A stretch of DNA of 64,000 bases from an uncultured Chloroflexia bacterium (GTDB lineage: Bacteria > Chloroflexota > Limnocylindria > Limnocylindrales > CSP1-4): assembly GCA_963713975.1 (NCBI GenBank), contig OY970218.1, positions 1,344,001 through 1,408,000 on the forward strand, in the 5' to 3' direction. The notes under the pieces were generated by a model. The model made no database searches. It worked only from the letters and a program-made list of their open reading frames with translations, and was not told the DNA's origin. The translations under genes and the position numbers were made by a program. Of this stretch, positions 39,152 to 48,600 are shown piece after piece; position 1 is the stretch's first letter, and each line of letters begins with the position of its first letter.

Positions 39152-40384
39152 ATGACGGACAGTGCTGCCTCCCGCCCCGGAGCCACGACCCCCGCCCCGC
39201 TGGATGTCGTAGTCCTCGGAGGGGCGGGGCACGTCGGCCTTCCCCTGAGCCTCGCCCTGGTCGATGCCGGCCTGCACGTCGGCATCTTCGACATCGATGG
39301 TGCCGCCCTGGATAGGATCGCGGCGGGCCAGATGCCCTTCATGGAGAACGGCGCGGACGAACTCCTTCCCCGCGTCTTGGCCACCGGTCGCCTCGAGATG
39401 GCCACGTCGGCTGCGATCATGGCCCGCGCGGACGCCGTGGTCCTGGTGATCGGTACGCCCGTCGACGAGTTCCTGGGTCCATCCATGCGCGTGTTCGAGC
39501 GGGCGGTGGACCAGATCGCGCCGCACGTCAGCGATGGCGCGCTTGTCGTCCTGCGCAGCACCGTGTATCCCGGCACGACGGAGTACGTCAGCGCCGCCTT
39601 CGGGGACCGTGGCCTGCGGGTGGATGTCGCGTTCTGCCCGGAGCGGATCGCGGAGGGCCATGCGCTCGAGGAGCTGCTGTCGTTGCCTCAGATCATCGGC
39701 GCCGATGAGGGCAGGGCTGGCGACCGCGCCGAGGCGCTGTTCCACCATCTCACCTCGACCACGATCCGCACGAGCACGAAGGAAGCCGAGCTCACGAAGC
39801 TGTTCACCAACACCTGGCGCTACATGAAGTTCGCCGTCGCCAACCAGTTCTTCGCCATCGCGGACCAGGCGGGCGTGGACTACGCGAACGTGCTTCGCGC
39901 GATCCGCGAGGACTACCCTCGCGCTGCGGACCTGCCCGGCCCCGGGTTTGCGGCCGGGCCCTGTCTGTTCAAGGACACGATGCAGCTGGCAGCGTTCACG
40001 TCGGACCACTTCCCGATGGGTCAGGCGGCCATGCAGATCAACGAGGGCATGCCCGCCTACATTGTCTCGGCGCTGGAGCGCAGGCACGGCAGCCTCCGGG
40101 GCCGGACGATCGGGATCCTTGGCATGGCCTTCAAGGCGGAGTCGGACGACATCCGTGCGTCTTTGTCGTTCAAGCTCCGCAAGCTCCTGGAATGGGCTGG
40201 TGCGAAGGTGCTGTGCGCCGACCCCTACGTGGATGACGAACGCCTCTCGCCGCTGGACGTCGTCCTCGAGCACAGCGAGACGCTTGTCATCGGCGCGCCG
40301 CACCGCGCCTACCGTTCCCTGGACCTTGCCGGCCGCGAGGTCGTGGACATCTGGAACGCGACCGGTGGAGGGATCCGGCTCTAG
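39152..40384 (+). CDS. Nucleotide-sugar dehydrogenase (UDP-ManNAc/GlcNAc DH family)
   Basis: GGAGHVGLP, GTP, RSTVYPG, CPERI.EG, AELTKL..N, GPCL.KD. Confidence 0.93.
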   Translation: MTDSAASRPGATTPAPLDVVVLGGAGHVGLPLSLALVDAGLHVGIFDIDGAALDRIAAGQMPFMENGADELLPRVLATGRLEMATSAAIMARADAVVLVIGTPVDEFLGPSMRVFERAVDQIAPHVSDGALVVLRSTVYPGTTEYVSAAFGDRGLRVDVAFCPERIAEGHALEELLSLPQIIGADEGRAGDRAEALFHHLTSTTIRTSTKEAELTKLFTNTWRYMKFAVANQFFAIADQAGVDYANVLRAIREDYPRAADLPGPGFAAGPCLFKDTMQLAAFTSDHFPMGQAAMQINEGMPAYIVSALERRHGSLRGRTIGILGMAFKAESDDIRASLSFKLRKLLEWAGAKVLCADPYVDDERLSPLDVVLEHSETLVIGAPHRAYRSLDLAGREVVDIWNATGGGIRL

Positions 40385-40386
40385 CC

Positions 40387-41409
40387 ATGAAGGTCCTGGT
40401 CACCGGCGCCGCCGGGTTCATCAACGGCTACCTGGTGGAGGAGCTGCTCGCGGCCGGCCACGAGGTGGTAGGCATCGACAACTTCAGCAAGTACGGCCGC
40501 GTGGCCAAGAGCTACGACGGCCATCCCCGCTACCGGTTCGTCGAGGGTGATGCCAAGGACGTGACGCTGCTCACGGAACTGGCGGCGGACGTGGACCAGG
40601 TCGTGGCCGCGGCCGCGATGATCGGCGGGATCAGCTACTTCCACGAGTTCGCATTCGACCTGCTGGCCGAGAACGAGCGGATCCTGGCGTCAACCTTCGA
40701 GGCGGCGATCGCGGCACACAAGTCCGGGCACCTGGAGCGGATCGTCGTCCTGTCGAGCTCCATGGTCTTCGAGAGCACGGACCAGTTCCCCACGCCGGAG
40801 GGCGCAGAGCGCACCTCGCCGCCGCCGATCTCCACCTACGGCTTCCAGAAACTCGCCTCGGAGTACTTCGCCCGGGGCGCGTGGGAGCAGTACCAGCTGC
40901 CGTACACGATTCTGCGCCCGTTCAACTGCGTGGGCATCGGCGAGCGGCGTGCCCTGCGCGACACGGACGTCATGAGCGGCAACGTGAAGCTCGCGTTGTC
41001 CCACGTCGTTCCGGACCTTGTGCTCAAGGTGCTCAAGGGCCAGGACCCGCTCCACATCCTGGGCGAGGGCAACCAGGTCCGCCACTACACCTACGGTGGC
41101 GACCTGGCGCACGGGATCCGGCTCGCAATTGAGTCGCCGACGGCGGTCAACGAGGACTTCAACCTCTCCACGGCGGCGTCTACCACCGTGCTCGAACTGG
41201 CTGAGGTGATCTGGGCCAAGATCAACGGCCCGGACCGGCCGTTCCGCTACGTCACGGACCCGCCGTTCGACCACGATGTCCAGCTGCGCGTTCCCGACGT
41301 CCACAAGGCCCGCGACGTCCTGGGCTACGAGGCCACGACGACCCTGTCCGAGATGCTCGACGAGGTGATCCCCTGGATCGGGGCCGAGGTGGAGGCCGGG
41401 CGGCTGTGA
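40387..41409 (+). CDS. NAD-dependent epimerase/dehydratase
   Basis: VLVTGAAGFI, SSS, YGFQK. Confidence 0.93.
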   Translation: MKVLVTGAAGFINGYLVEELLAAGHEVVGIDNFSKYGRVAKSYDGHPRYRFVEGDAKDVTLLTELAADVDQVVAAAAMIGGISYFHEFAFDLLAENERILASTFEAAIAAHKSGHLERIVVLSSSMVFESTDQFPTPEGAERTSPPPISTYGFQKLASEYFARGAWEQYQLPYTILRPFNCVGIGERRALRDTDVMSGNVKLALSHVVPDLVLKVLKGQDPLHILGEGNQVRHYTYGGDLAHGIRLAIESPTAVNEDFNLSTAASTTVLELAEVIWAKINGPDRPFRYVTDPPFDHDVQLRVPDVHKARDVLGYEATTTLSEMLDEVIPWIGAEVEAGRL

Positions 41410-42140
41410 CCGGGGCCGGGGAATCCGCGCCGCCCGTCCCGGAGCTCTCGGTCGTCGTCCCCGTGTTCAAGGAGGGCGAAGCCGTCGCTCCCGTCCTTCG
41501 CGACCTGACGGCGGCGATCACCACGACCCACGAGATCTTGGTCGTATACGACTTCGACGAGGATCCGACCGTTCCGGTCATCGAGCGGCTCCACGAGGAC
41601 CTGCCGGCGATCCGCGGCCACCGCAACGACATCGGCCGCGGCGTCCTCAACGCGATGAAGGCCGGGATCGCATCATCCCGTGGCGACTACGTCCTGATCT
41701 CCATGTCGGACGGCTCGGACGAGCCGCACGTCGTCGATGCCATGGTGGCCCTCGCCCGTGAAGGTGCGGACGTGGTGGCCGCCTCGCGCTACATGAAGGG
41801 CGGGTGTCAGTTGGGCGGCCCGCCGCTCAAGCGTTTCATGTCGCGGACCGCCGGCCTCACGCTCCATTGGTTCGGCGGCGTCGCCACCCACGATCCCACG
41901 AACAACTTCAAGCTCTACTCACGGCGTCTCCTGGAAGCGACACCCATCGAGAGCCAGGCGGGCTTCGAGCTGGCCCTGGAGCTCACGGTCAAGGCCACCC
42001 TCGCCGGCCGCCGCGTCGCCGAGGTGCCCACGACCTGGCGCGACCGGACCGAGGGCCAGAGCAACTTCAAGCTCCGCAAGTGGCTGCCCTTTTACCTGCA
42101 CTGGTATTGGCTGGCGATGCGAGGCCGGAGGGGTTTGTAG
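41406..42140 (+). CDS. GT2 glycosyltransferase (DPM1-like)
   Basis: SVVVPVF.EG, ASRYM.GG, HDPTNNFKLY, EVP.TW.DR..G.S. Confidence 0.88.
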   Translation: MTGAGESAPPVPELSVVVPVFKEGEAVAPVLRDLTAAITTTHEILVVYDFDEDPTVPVIERLHEDLPAIRGHRNDIGRGVLNAMKAGIASSRGDYVLISMSDGSDEPHVVDAMVALAREGADVVAASRYMKGGCQLGGPPLKRFMSRTAGLTLHWFGGVATHDPTNNFKLYSRRLLEATPIESQAGFELALELTVKATLAGRRVAEVPTTWRDRTEGQSNFKLRKWLPFYLHWYWLAMRGRRGL

Positions 42141-42291
42141 CTCCTCGGGATGCCGGTCCCGCGATGGAACGGTGACACCAGCAATCGTCGGAAGTGCGGC
42201 TCTTGGGTCCCTCGGGCGGCGGTCCCGGTCGCGACGCGGAGCGAAGATGCCACCCGGCGTTCGGGCGTGCCGGCGCATGTACGCGCTCGCC

Positions 42292-43797
42292 TCAGGGCAC
42301 TCTCCCGCTTGCCGGATCGACTCGAACGAGATCGATGATGTTGGCGGGAGTCCGATAGAACCACGTGCCCTCGGGCTGCATTGGCATCTCGGTGATCGAG
42401 TAGGCGTTGAGGAGCCGTGACAGCAGGTTGGTCGTGGTAGTCCCGGCTGGAATGACGCCCGGTCGCGCTGTTGCTCGGACGGCGACGATATTGCTCGACC
42501 GCTCGTTCACTCCACCCGCCAACGGGTCATCCGGGTTCCAGTCAACGTCGGAGCCATGGTCCGAGAAGACCACGATTGCCGTTGGTCGACCCTGCGAGGC
42601 AAGGATCGCTCGACTGAGATCGAGCGCGCGCTGGTTGACGTACGGGAGCTCGCCGGCCTGCCGCGAGATCCGGTCATCCCGAGCCATCGGGGGCTCCCGT
42701 GTGCTGGCAATGGATGCTCCGGGTGAGCCGTTGACCGGCTCACCACTCGGTCCGAAGACGACCGGCGAGTGCGGTGCTGGCACATGGACGAATACGAATC
42801 TGGGTCTTGTGTGTGGTTCGCGCGCGATCTGCTCGGCAACTGAGAACGTCGTGGCGATACGGTCCCGGAGCTGCTGGGAGTGAGCGTCTGGTGCGATGGC
42901 TGCAAGCGCCGTCCCGAGCGCAGATCGACGGAGGAGGGCGACCTCGAATTCTGTCATCTGCGGCGGCTCAACAAGGCGGTCAACGCGGCGCGGCCCGACC
43001 TCCGCCCACCCCGTCGAGATCGCGATCCGCTCGTACCCGGACCGGCCGAGGTCCCGAAGCGCGGTGCTGTCCTCCAGCACGCTCCGCAACTCACGGGTGG
43101 CGACGGCGAGACCGATTGGCCCACGCTCGGTCCCGATCAGCTCCGGCACATCCTTCCCGTTGAACATGGACGCCAGGACGAGACGCGTCAGCGGGTAGCT
43201 CGTTCTGGAATGACGCTGGACGTCAAACCCCAGGGAGACCAGTCCTTCCCGGAGCGGATCGCCTGCCTGGGACCGACCGAGCTGCGCAAGGGCGTCGTCA
43301 CCCGGGTATCCATCAAGGAGAACCAGCCAGATGTCAGGCAGGGACGCCGAGGCGTCATCGGCTGGCGCGGTCATCGTGATGTCCTTGTGAACTGCCGAGA
43401 TAGCCCAACCGAGACTGCCGTTCAGGGCGGAGCCTGCGAGCGTCATGAGGATGAGCACCACAGCGACGGCGCGGTACGCCCCCAGCACCCGAAGCTGGAT
43501 GCCACGCAAGTCGCGTGCGGAGCCGCGCACCAGAAGGACGAGCACGCTCGCGAAGACAATCGACAGGCCGGGGATTCGCACGTCAGCGGCAGTGAACCCA
43601 GCTGCAATGACGATCACCACCTCGGTTCCGAGAAGGGGGCCCAGCAGCAGGCGTCCCACGAGCGTCAAAGCGACGACGACGATCAGGATCACGGCCAGCG
43701 GCCGCAAGAGCCAGGCGAACTCGATCTGGCTCACGGACCACGTCGCGACTACGAAGCAGAGCGGGATGACGAGCGGGAGCCACGCGTATCGAGGCAT
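42292..43797 (-). CDS. Membrane-anchored sulfatase/LtaS/EptA-like enzyme 3
   Basis: PDIWLVLLDGY, TSYPLTRL, HVPAPHSP, FSDHG; real start near MPRYAWL. Confidence 0.8.
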   Translation of the reverse strand: MPRYAWLPLVIPLCFVVATWSVSQIEFAWLLRPLAVILIVVVALTLVGRLLLGPLLGTEVVIVIAAGFTAADVRIPGLSIVFASVLVLLVRGSARDLRGIQLRVLGAYRAVAVVLILMTLAGSALNGSLGWAISAVHKDITMTAPADDASASLPDIWLVLLDGYPGDDALAQLGRSQAGDPLREGLVSLGFDVQRHSRTSYPLTRLVLASMFNGKDVPELIGTERGPIGLAVATRELRSVLEDSTALRDLGRSGYERIAISTGWAEVGPRRVDRLVEPPQMTEFEVALLRRSALGTALAAIAPDAHSQQLRDRIATTFSVAEQIAREPHTRPRFVFVHVPAPHSPVVFGPSGEPVNGSPGASIASTREPPMARDDRISRQAGELPYVNQRALDLSRAILASQGRPTAIVVFSDHGSDVDWNPDDPLAGGVNERSSNIVAVRATARPGVIPAGTTTTNLLSRLLNAYSITEMPMQPEGTWFYRTPANIIDLVRVDPASGRVP

Positions 43798-43841
43798 GCT
43801 CAGCGACCCACCGGGTCGCATGAAGGGCACGTCCTGAGGGT

Positions 43842-44660
43842 TCACCGAATTGCCGGCCACAAGCCTGGAAGCCGCGTCCGGCCCCGATGGCGCGGGGTTG
43901 TGCCGTCGGCGGCCCTTGCCCGAGTCCTGCTGGTCGCCCAGGCCACCAGTGGGATCATCAGCATCGGCAGGTCCTGGGCGCTGTAGAAGACTCCAGCCGG
44001 GTGCTTGGCATCCAGCAGCACCTGGACGTAGGTCGGCCACATCGGCAGGAAGAAGAGCGAGGCCACGATGATGGCGGCCACTGTCACCCACCAGCGACGA
44101 TCCCGCACGCCCCACAGGCCGAGCGGCGCGATCGTCACCTTCGTCAGCAGGAAGGCAGACGGCCATCGGTAGATGGTGCCCATCGCCAGCGCGGCCACCA
44201 GCCATATCGTCGGGTTGCCGGTGATCAGATGCACGGCGGTGGGCGGCCACGCGAGGAACGCCGCGATGGTGGCCCATCCGAGCGGTGACGGCCGGAGCTT
44301 CATGAGTGCCCAGCCGACCATGGCGCCGGGCACGATCCACCAGAACGGCCACGGCAGGATCGCCGCCGGAACGAACAGGACCAGCCACACCGGCGGGTAC
44401 AGCACGTCACCCGGCACGACCAGGTACGGACCGTGGAGCTGGCGCTCGAGGTACCAGGTGCCCCCGTTGAGCCAGGTCCTGGTGGCGTCCGCGTAGTTGC
44501 GGTAGTCGAGACCGGCCAGGCGGTCGATCGCACCTGGCGGCGCGGAGATGTACTGCCAGGCCCAGAGGGTGATGAACAGCGCGGCGATCCCATAGCCGAA
44601 CACCTGGCCGAATCGCGTGCGTCGCTTCCCGGGATCCGCCATGGCCGCGGCCTGGTTCAC
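43842..44660 (-). CDS. GT87-like membrane glycosyltransferase
   Basis: LDYRNY, LYPP, GNP, TKVT; GTG overlaps upstream TGA. Confidence 0.75.
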   Translation of the reverse strand: MNQAAAMADPGKRRTRFGQVFGYGIAALFITLWAWQYISAPPGAIDRLAGLDYRNYADATRTWLNGGTWYLERQLHGPYLVVPGDVLYPPVWLVLFVPAAILPWPFWWIVPGAMVGWALMKLRPSPLGWATIAAFLAWPPTAVHLITGNPTIWLVAALAMGTIYRWPSAFLLTKVTIAPLGLWGVRDRRWWVTVAAIIVASLFFLPMWPTYVQVLLDAKHPAGVFYSAQDLPMLMIPLVAWATSRTRARAADGTTPRHRGRTRLPGLWPAIR

Positions 44661-45931
44661 CGCGTCGTCGGCCACAGGCTGTGCAGCGGCTGTCCGGCGT
44701 CGTCCCCGTAGTCCACGCGCTCGCCCTGGCCCGTCCACAGGATCGCGATCAGCGCGACCAGCGTGATCACCGCCGCCCCGACCAGGCTGATCGCCTGCCC
44801 GTCCGGCAGGACCAGCTCCGGCGGTGGCGCGGCCCACACCAGGTTCGCGGTGAAGACCACCGCGAAGGCCGCCCACGCGATCGCGAGCACGCGGCCGTTG
44901 ACCGCCATCAGCAGGAACACGAAGGCGGGGTAGGCGTACCGCTCGTGCATGGTAGTCAGGCTCACGAACGCCACCAGGGTGATCGCCGCCAGGCCCAGGA
45001 CCAGGCTGTGCGCGCTGGGTCGCCGGTAGACGCCCACGAACACCACGAGTGCGAGGAGGCCCGCCACCAGCAGTCCGAGATGCCGGAAGGTCAGCGGCCC
45101 CAGCACGGGCGTGGAGTCGAGCACGAAGTCCCCCCCGGCGCCCAGCACCTGGACGACCCACCACGGGTTCCAGGCGCGCAGCGAGAGCACGTTGAAGATG
45201 CCGTCCTGGTACTCGGAGAGGTTGCCCAGGTAGTTGGCGGGCCCGCCGGCCGGGATGAACGGGAGCCACACGAGCACGATCACGACGGCGCCGATCACCG
45301 CCGCCCTGAGCGTCCCCCGGATCCCCTGGGTGGCGAGGAACCAGGCCGCGAACGGCACCAGGAACGGCAGCGCCTGCGGTTTGGCCATCAGGCTGATCGC
45401 CAGCAGCGCCGCCACGAGCCCGGGACGCCCCGCACGCGCCGCCAGGACCGCCAGCACGGCCGGCAGGACGTAGATGGACTCGTACTGGCCCCACCACGCG
45501 GACACGTACCAGGCGGCCGGGCACAGCAGGATCGCCGCCATGGCAGCCACCGCCGCCCACGGCTTGTCCCGGAACCACCAGCCGACGGCCGCTGCGATGC
45601 CCAGGTCCGCGAGGCTCGCCGGCATCTTCATCAGCGCCCGGATCGCGGGGTCGGCGGAGTCCGTCACGGTGCGGAAGGCGGGCTCGAATGCCGCTATCGC
45701 ACCCCAGACCCAGGCCATCACCGCGGGGAAGGACAGGTTCTGGTCGTAGGCGTTCGACAGCCCGTTCACCGCGATGCCATGGACCCAGAGGACGAACTGG
45801 TCGATGTCGCCCTTCAGGCCCTGGGCCGGCCAGACCCACATCCGGACCGCGATCGCAGCCGCGAACAGGACGGGGACGGCAAGGACCACCAGGATCGTCG
45901 GGATGGGTGAGCTGCGGCGGCCGACGATCAT
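44657..45931 (-). CDS. ALG6/ALG8-like GT-C glycosyltransferase
   Basis: DIDQF..W, MKMPASLAD, SAWWGQYE, KPQ, MHERY. Confidence 0.8.
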   Translation of the reverse strand: MIVGRRSSPIPTILVVLAVPVLFAAAIAVRMWVWPAQGLKGDIDQFVLWVHGIAVNGLSNAYDQNLSFPAVMAWVWGAIAAFEPAFRTVTDSADPAIRALMKMPASLADLGIAAAVGWWFRDKPWAAVAAMAAILLCPAAWYVSAWWGQYESIYVLPAVLAVLAARAGRPGLVAALLAISLMAKPQALPFLVPFAAWFLATQGIRGTLRAAVIGAVVIVLVWLPFIPAGGPANYLGNLSEYQDGIFNVLSLRAWNPWWVVQVLGAGGDFVLDSTPVLGPLTFRHLGLLVAGLLALVVFVGVYRRPSAHSLVLGLAAITLVAFVSLTTMHERYAYPAFVFLLMAVNGRVLAIAWAAFAVVFTANLVWAAPPPELVLPDGQAISLVGAAVITLVALIAILWTGQGERVDYGDDAGQPLHSLWPTTR

Positions 45932-45983
45932 CGGGCGGCCGGGAGCGCCGGGTCGCGGTCCTGCGCCCGAGCGGTCATGTGCG

Positions 45984-47060
45984 TCAGGCCGGCGTCGTGA
46001 CCCAGTAGCGCTCCGCGTGGCCCCCGGGTACCCGGCCGATGTCGCCGGTCCGGGCCGCGTAGCCGCGCACCGCGTCTGCCATGGCCTTCTCGCTGTCGAA
46101 GAGGCGCTCCATCTGGCTCTCGTACAGCGCGATCGCGCGGATCTTGCGCTCCAGCTGGTCACCGATGTCCGCGAACTCCGCGGCCAGCGAGATCCCGTCC
46201 GGCATGGCGCCGAAGGATCCGGGCGGCATGTCGTCCAGGCGCCCGAAGTCCTCCCACCACGCGTACGGGAAGTCCTCGTACAGGACGATGCGATCCGCGT
46301 ACGAGGGGCCGGGCATGACCCACTTCCGGGCGTCCGAGAGCAGGGCAAGGCCGGCATCGCGGGCGAGCTGGTGGTCCACGTGCCCGCCGATGCCCATCGG
46401 CAGGTAGACCCGAGACGGCTCGAGGCGCGCGATCTCGCGGCGCAGGAGGTCGACGGGGGCGGGATCGTCGGCGCGCGGGGTGCCCAGCAGCTGGTCGTCG
46501 CCCTCGTAGCCGCGGAAGACGGCGTCCGGGAGGTCCAGCCAGACCATCGACACCTCCGCGAAGGCGGCGTAGCGCTCGTCCTCGAGGCGGCGCTGGGCCA
46601 TCGTGTCGCCGGCGGCGGCGGCGTCCATCAGCTCCGTGGTCAGGACGGCGCCCTGGGACTGGACGTCGTCGATGACCGGCTGGCCGGCCAGGGACTCGTT
46701 GTGGATGTGCGCCCGGCGGTACCACGAGGAGCGCTGCCAGAAGCGCTTGGCGGCAGCGTCCGCGTCGCCCTGGGTCGCGTCCAGGCCCTCCCTGGTGGCC
46801 TGCCAGGGCGCGGCGGAGGCGTCCTCGGGGTAGTCCGCGGCCAGGTTAGCCCGATTGAAGGCCTCGGTGTTGGGCCAGATCGCCTTGGAGCCGAAACCGA
46901 GGGCCTCCCGCTGGAAGGGCGTCAGCCGATCCGTCTCCCCGGTGCCGGAGTACAGCGTCAGGACCGTGATGCTCTGGCCGAGCTCGCGCAGGCTGGCGAT
47001 GAGCCCGCCGCACGAGAGCGCGACGTCGTCCGGGTGGGGGGCAACGAAGACATGGGTCAT
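45984..47060 (-). CDS. PIG-L/LmbE family deacetylase
   Basis: APHPDDVALSCGG, R..ED, GGHVDH, YEDFPY, Y.SQ, ERYW. Confidence 0.9.
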   Translation of the reverse strand: MTHVFVAPHPDDVALSCGGLIASLRELGQSITVLTLYSGTGETDRLTPFQREALGFGSKAIWPNTEAFNRANLAADYPEDASAAPWQATREGLDATQGDADAAAKRFWQRSSWYRRAHIHNESLAGQPVIDDVQSQGAVLTTELMDAAAAGDTMAQRRLEDERYAAFAEVSMVWLDLPDAVFRGYEGDDQLLGTPRADDPAPVDLLRREIARLEPSRVYLPMGIGGHVDHQLARDAGLALLSDARKWVMPGPSYADRIVLYEDFPYAWWEDFGRLDDMPPGSFGAMPDGISLAAEFADIGDQLERKIRAIALYESQMERLFDSEKAMADAVRGYAARTGDIGRVPGGHAERYWVTTPA

Positions 47061-47163
47061 GGCCAGCGGAGTATAGCCGGGCGGTCGGGCCGGATTCCCG
47101 GCGCCGGCCGTCAGGTCGCGGGCGGCCGTCAGGTTCCGCGGGCGCGTCAGGTTCCGCCTGACC

Positions 47164-47823
47164 TCAGCCGGGCCAGCCCGCCGTGCCAACGAGGGGGACG
47201 AACACACAGGCCCCTTCGGAGCGCTCGGACCATTCATCGCCGTGCCGCTCCACCACGAGCAGCCGCTGCTCCCGTCGCGAACCTACCGGGATCACGAGAC
47301 GTCGGCCCTCGGCGAGCTGGGTCCGGAGCGACTCGGGGATGGCCGGCGCGCCCGCGGCGACGAGGATCCCGTCCCATGGGGCGCCATCCGGGAAGCCAAG
47401 GCTGCCGTCGCCGGTGGTGACGGTGACGCGGTCCCCGAAGCCGAGGGTCGCCAGGAGCCGGCGGGCCGCGTCCGCCAGCCCGGCTTCGCGATCGATGGAG
47501 GTCACCAGGCAGCCCAGCTCCGCGAGGATCGCCGCCTGGTATCCGGAACCGGTGCCCACGTCCAGGACCCGGTCACGCGGGCCCACGGCAAGGAGCTCCG
47601 TCATGCGCGCCACGATGTACGGCTGGCTGATGGTCTGGCCGGCCCCGATGGGGAGCGGGTGGTCCTCGTACGCCTGGTCTCGGCTCGCCTCGTCGACGAA
47701 GGCATCGCGGGGCACGGCGGCCATGGCCTCGAGGACGTGGGGATCGCGGATGTCCCGGCCAACCAGCTGGTCGGCGACCATCCGCGCCCGGGCATCGCTC
47801 GCGCGGGCCCGGGACGAGCTCAT
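47164..47823 (-). CDS. pcm: Protein-L-isoaspartate O-methyltransferase
   Basis: AY.D.PLPIG.GQTISQPYIVA, VLDVGTGSGYQAA, FVPLVG. Confidence 0.95.
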   Translation of the reverse strand: MSSSRARASDARARMVADQLVGRDIRDPHVLEAMAAVPRDAFVDEASRDQAYEDHPLPIGAGQTISQPYIVARMTELLAVGPRDRVLDVGTGSGYQAAILAELGCLVTSIDREAGLADAARRLLATLGFGDRVTVTTGDGSLGFPDGAPWDGILVAAGAPAIPESLRTQLAEGRRLVIPVGSRREQRLLVVERHGDEWSERSEGACVFVPLVGTAGWPG

Positions 47824-47833
47824 GTCGCCGGGC

Positions 47834-48502
47834 CTAGCTCGCCGCTGGGCTCGGGGAGACCTCCGGGGCGACGGACGGCACCTCGGACGGCTCAGTGCTG
47901 GCCGCGGCGCTGGGTTCGGCGCTGGGTTCGGCGCTGGGTTCGGCGCTCGGCGGCGCGGCGCTGGGCGGTTCGGCGGAAGGCTCAACGCTCGGTTCGGCGC
48001 TGGCGGACGCGGACGGCGCCACCGACGGCGTGACCGACGGCTCGACGCTCACCGATGGCGCCTCGGTCTCAATCGGCGTGGGCGTCGCGAGCAAGGTGCC
48101 CAGGAACCCGTTCCTGCCCCCGATGAGGCCCCAGGCGAGGATCGCCACGAAGACGCCGACAACCGCGATCACGAAGATCGCCGAGGCCCGGTCCGTGACC
48201 TTGACTGCCTCATGGGCGACCGATGGCGCTGCCTGCGGCTGCTTTGAGCCTGCGTCCTTGGCGCCACGCTTCTTGCCGCCCGTGGCGGCTCCGTCTGCTG
48301 CGGGTGCGGCTGCCGCGGCCCCCAGCTCGGCATCCTCCGCGCTGAGCGTCCACGCTTCGGGCTCGGCGACGGCCGACTCGTCCGAGTCTGTCTCGTCTGC
48401 GGCGGTCTCGGCGTCGGGCGCCGTCTCGTCCTCGGGCGTGGTGCTGGCATCCGTCGCGGCTTCGGGGCCGTTGGCCTCCGGGTCGCGTTCCTGGTCCGTC
48501 AT
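47834..48502 (-). CDS. Single-TM protein with acidic N-terminus and Pro/Ser/Ala-rich repetitive C-tail
   Basis: GGAGAG SD; TM AIFVIAVVGVFVAILAWGLIGG; (AEPS)n tail. Confidence 0.75.
   Translation of the reverse strand: MTDQERDPEANGPEAATDASTTPEDETAPDAETAADETDSDESAVAEPEAWTLSAEDAELGAAAAAPAADGAATGGKKRGAKDAGSKQPQAAPSVAHEAVKVTDRASAIFVIAVVGVFVAILAWGLIGGRNGFLGTLLATPTPIETEAPSVSVEPSVTPSVAPSASASAEPSVEPSAEPPSAAPPSAEPSAEPSAEPSAAASTEPSEVPSVAPEVSPSPAAS
47905..47947. repeat. 12-bp coding tandem repeat (CGGCGCTGGGTT, about 3.6 copies)
   Basis: Seen directly; encodes AEPS repeats. Confidence 0.9.
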
Positions 48503-48600
48503 CCGGTGCTTGGTCTCCTCTCCGCGGGCGCACCTGCGGGCAACGCCTCACGCGGCCGTCAGTGTACCGACAGGACCGGCATCCGGGCCGGCCACGCCCG

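Noticed and set aside
42172-42278. ARTPGGIF stretch resembling the sulfatase-paralogue C-terminus
   Set aside because: Match is only about 5 residues; not distinguishable from chance
43798-44388. Long N-terminal extensions in the ORF track (also 6311-6700, 11055-11207, 44661-45839, 56597-57127)
   Set aside because: They overlap neighbouring genes; downstream starts have SD or -10 support and match family N-termini
47106-47947. Short tandem repeats as CRISPR array
   Set aside because: No unique spacers, wrong unit length, no cas genes
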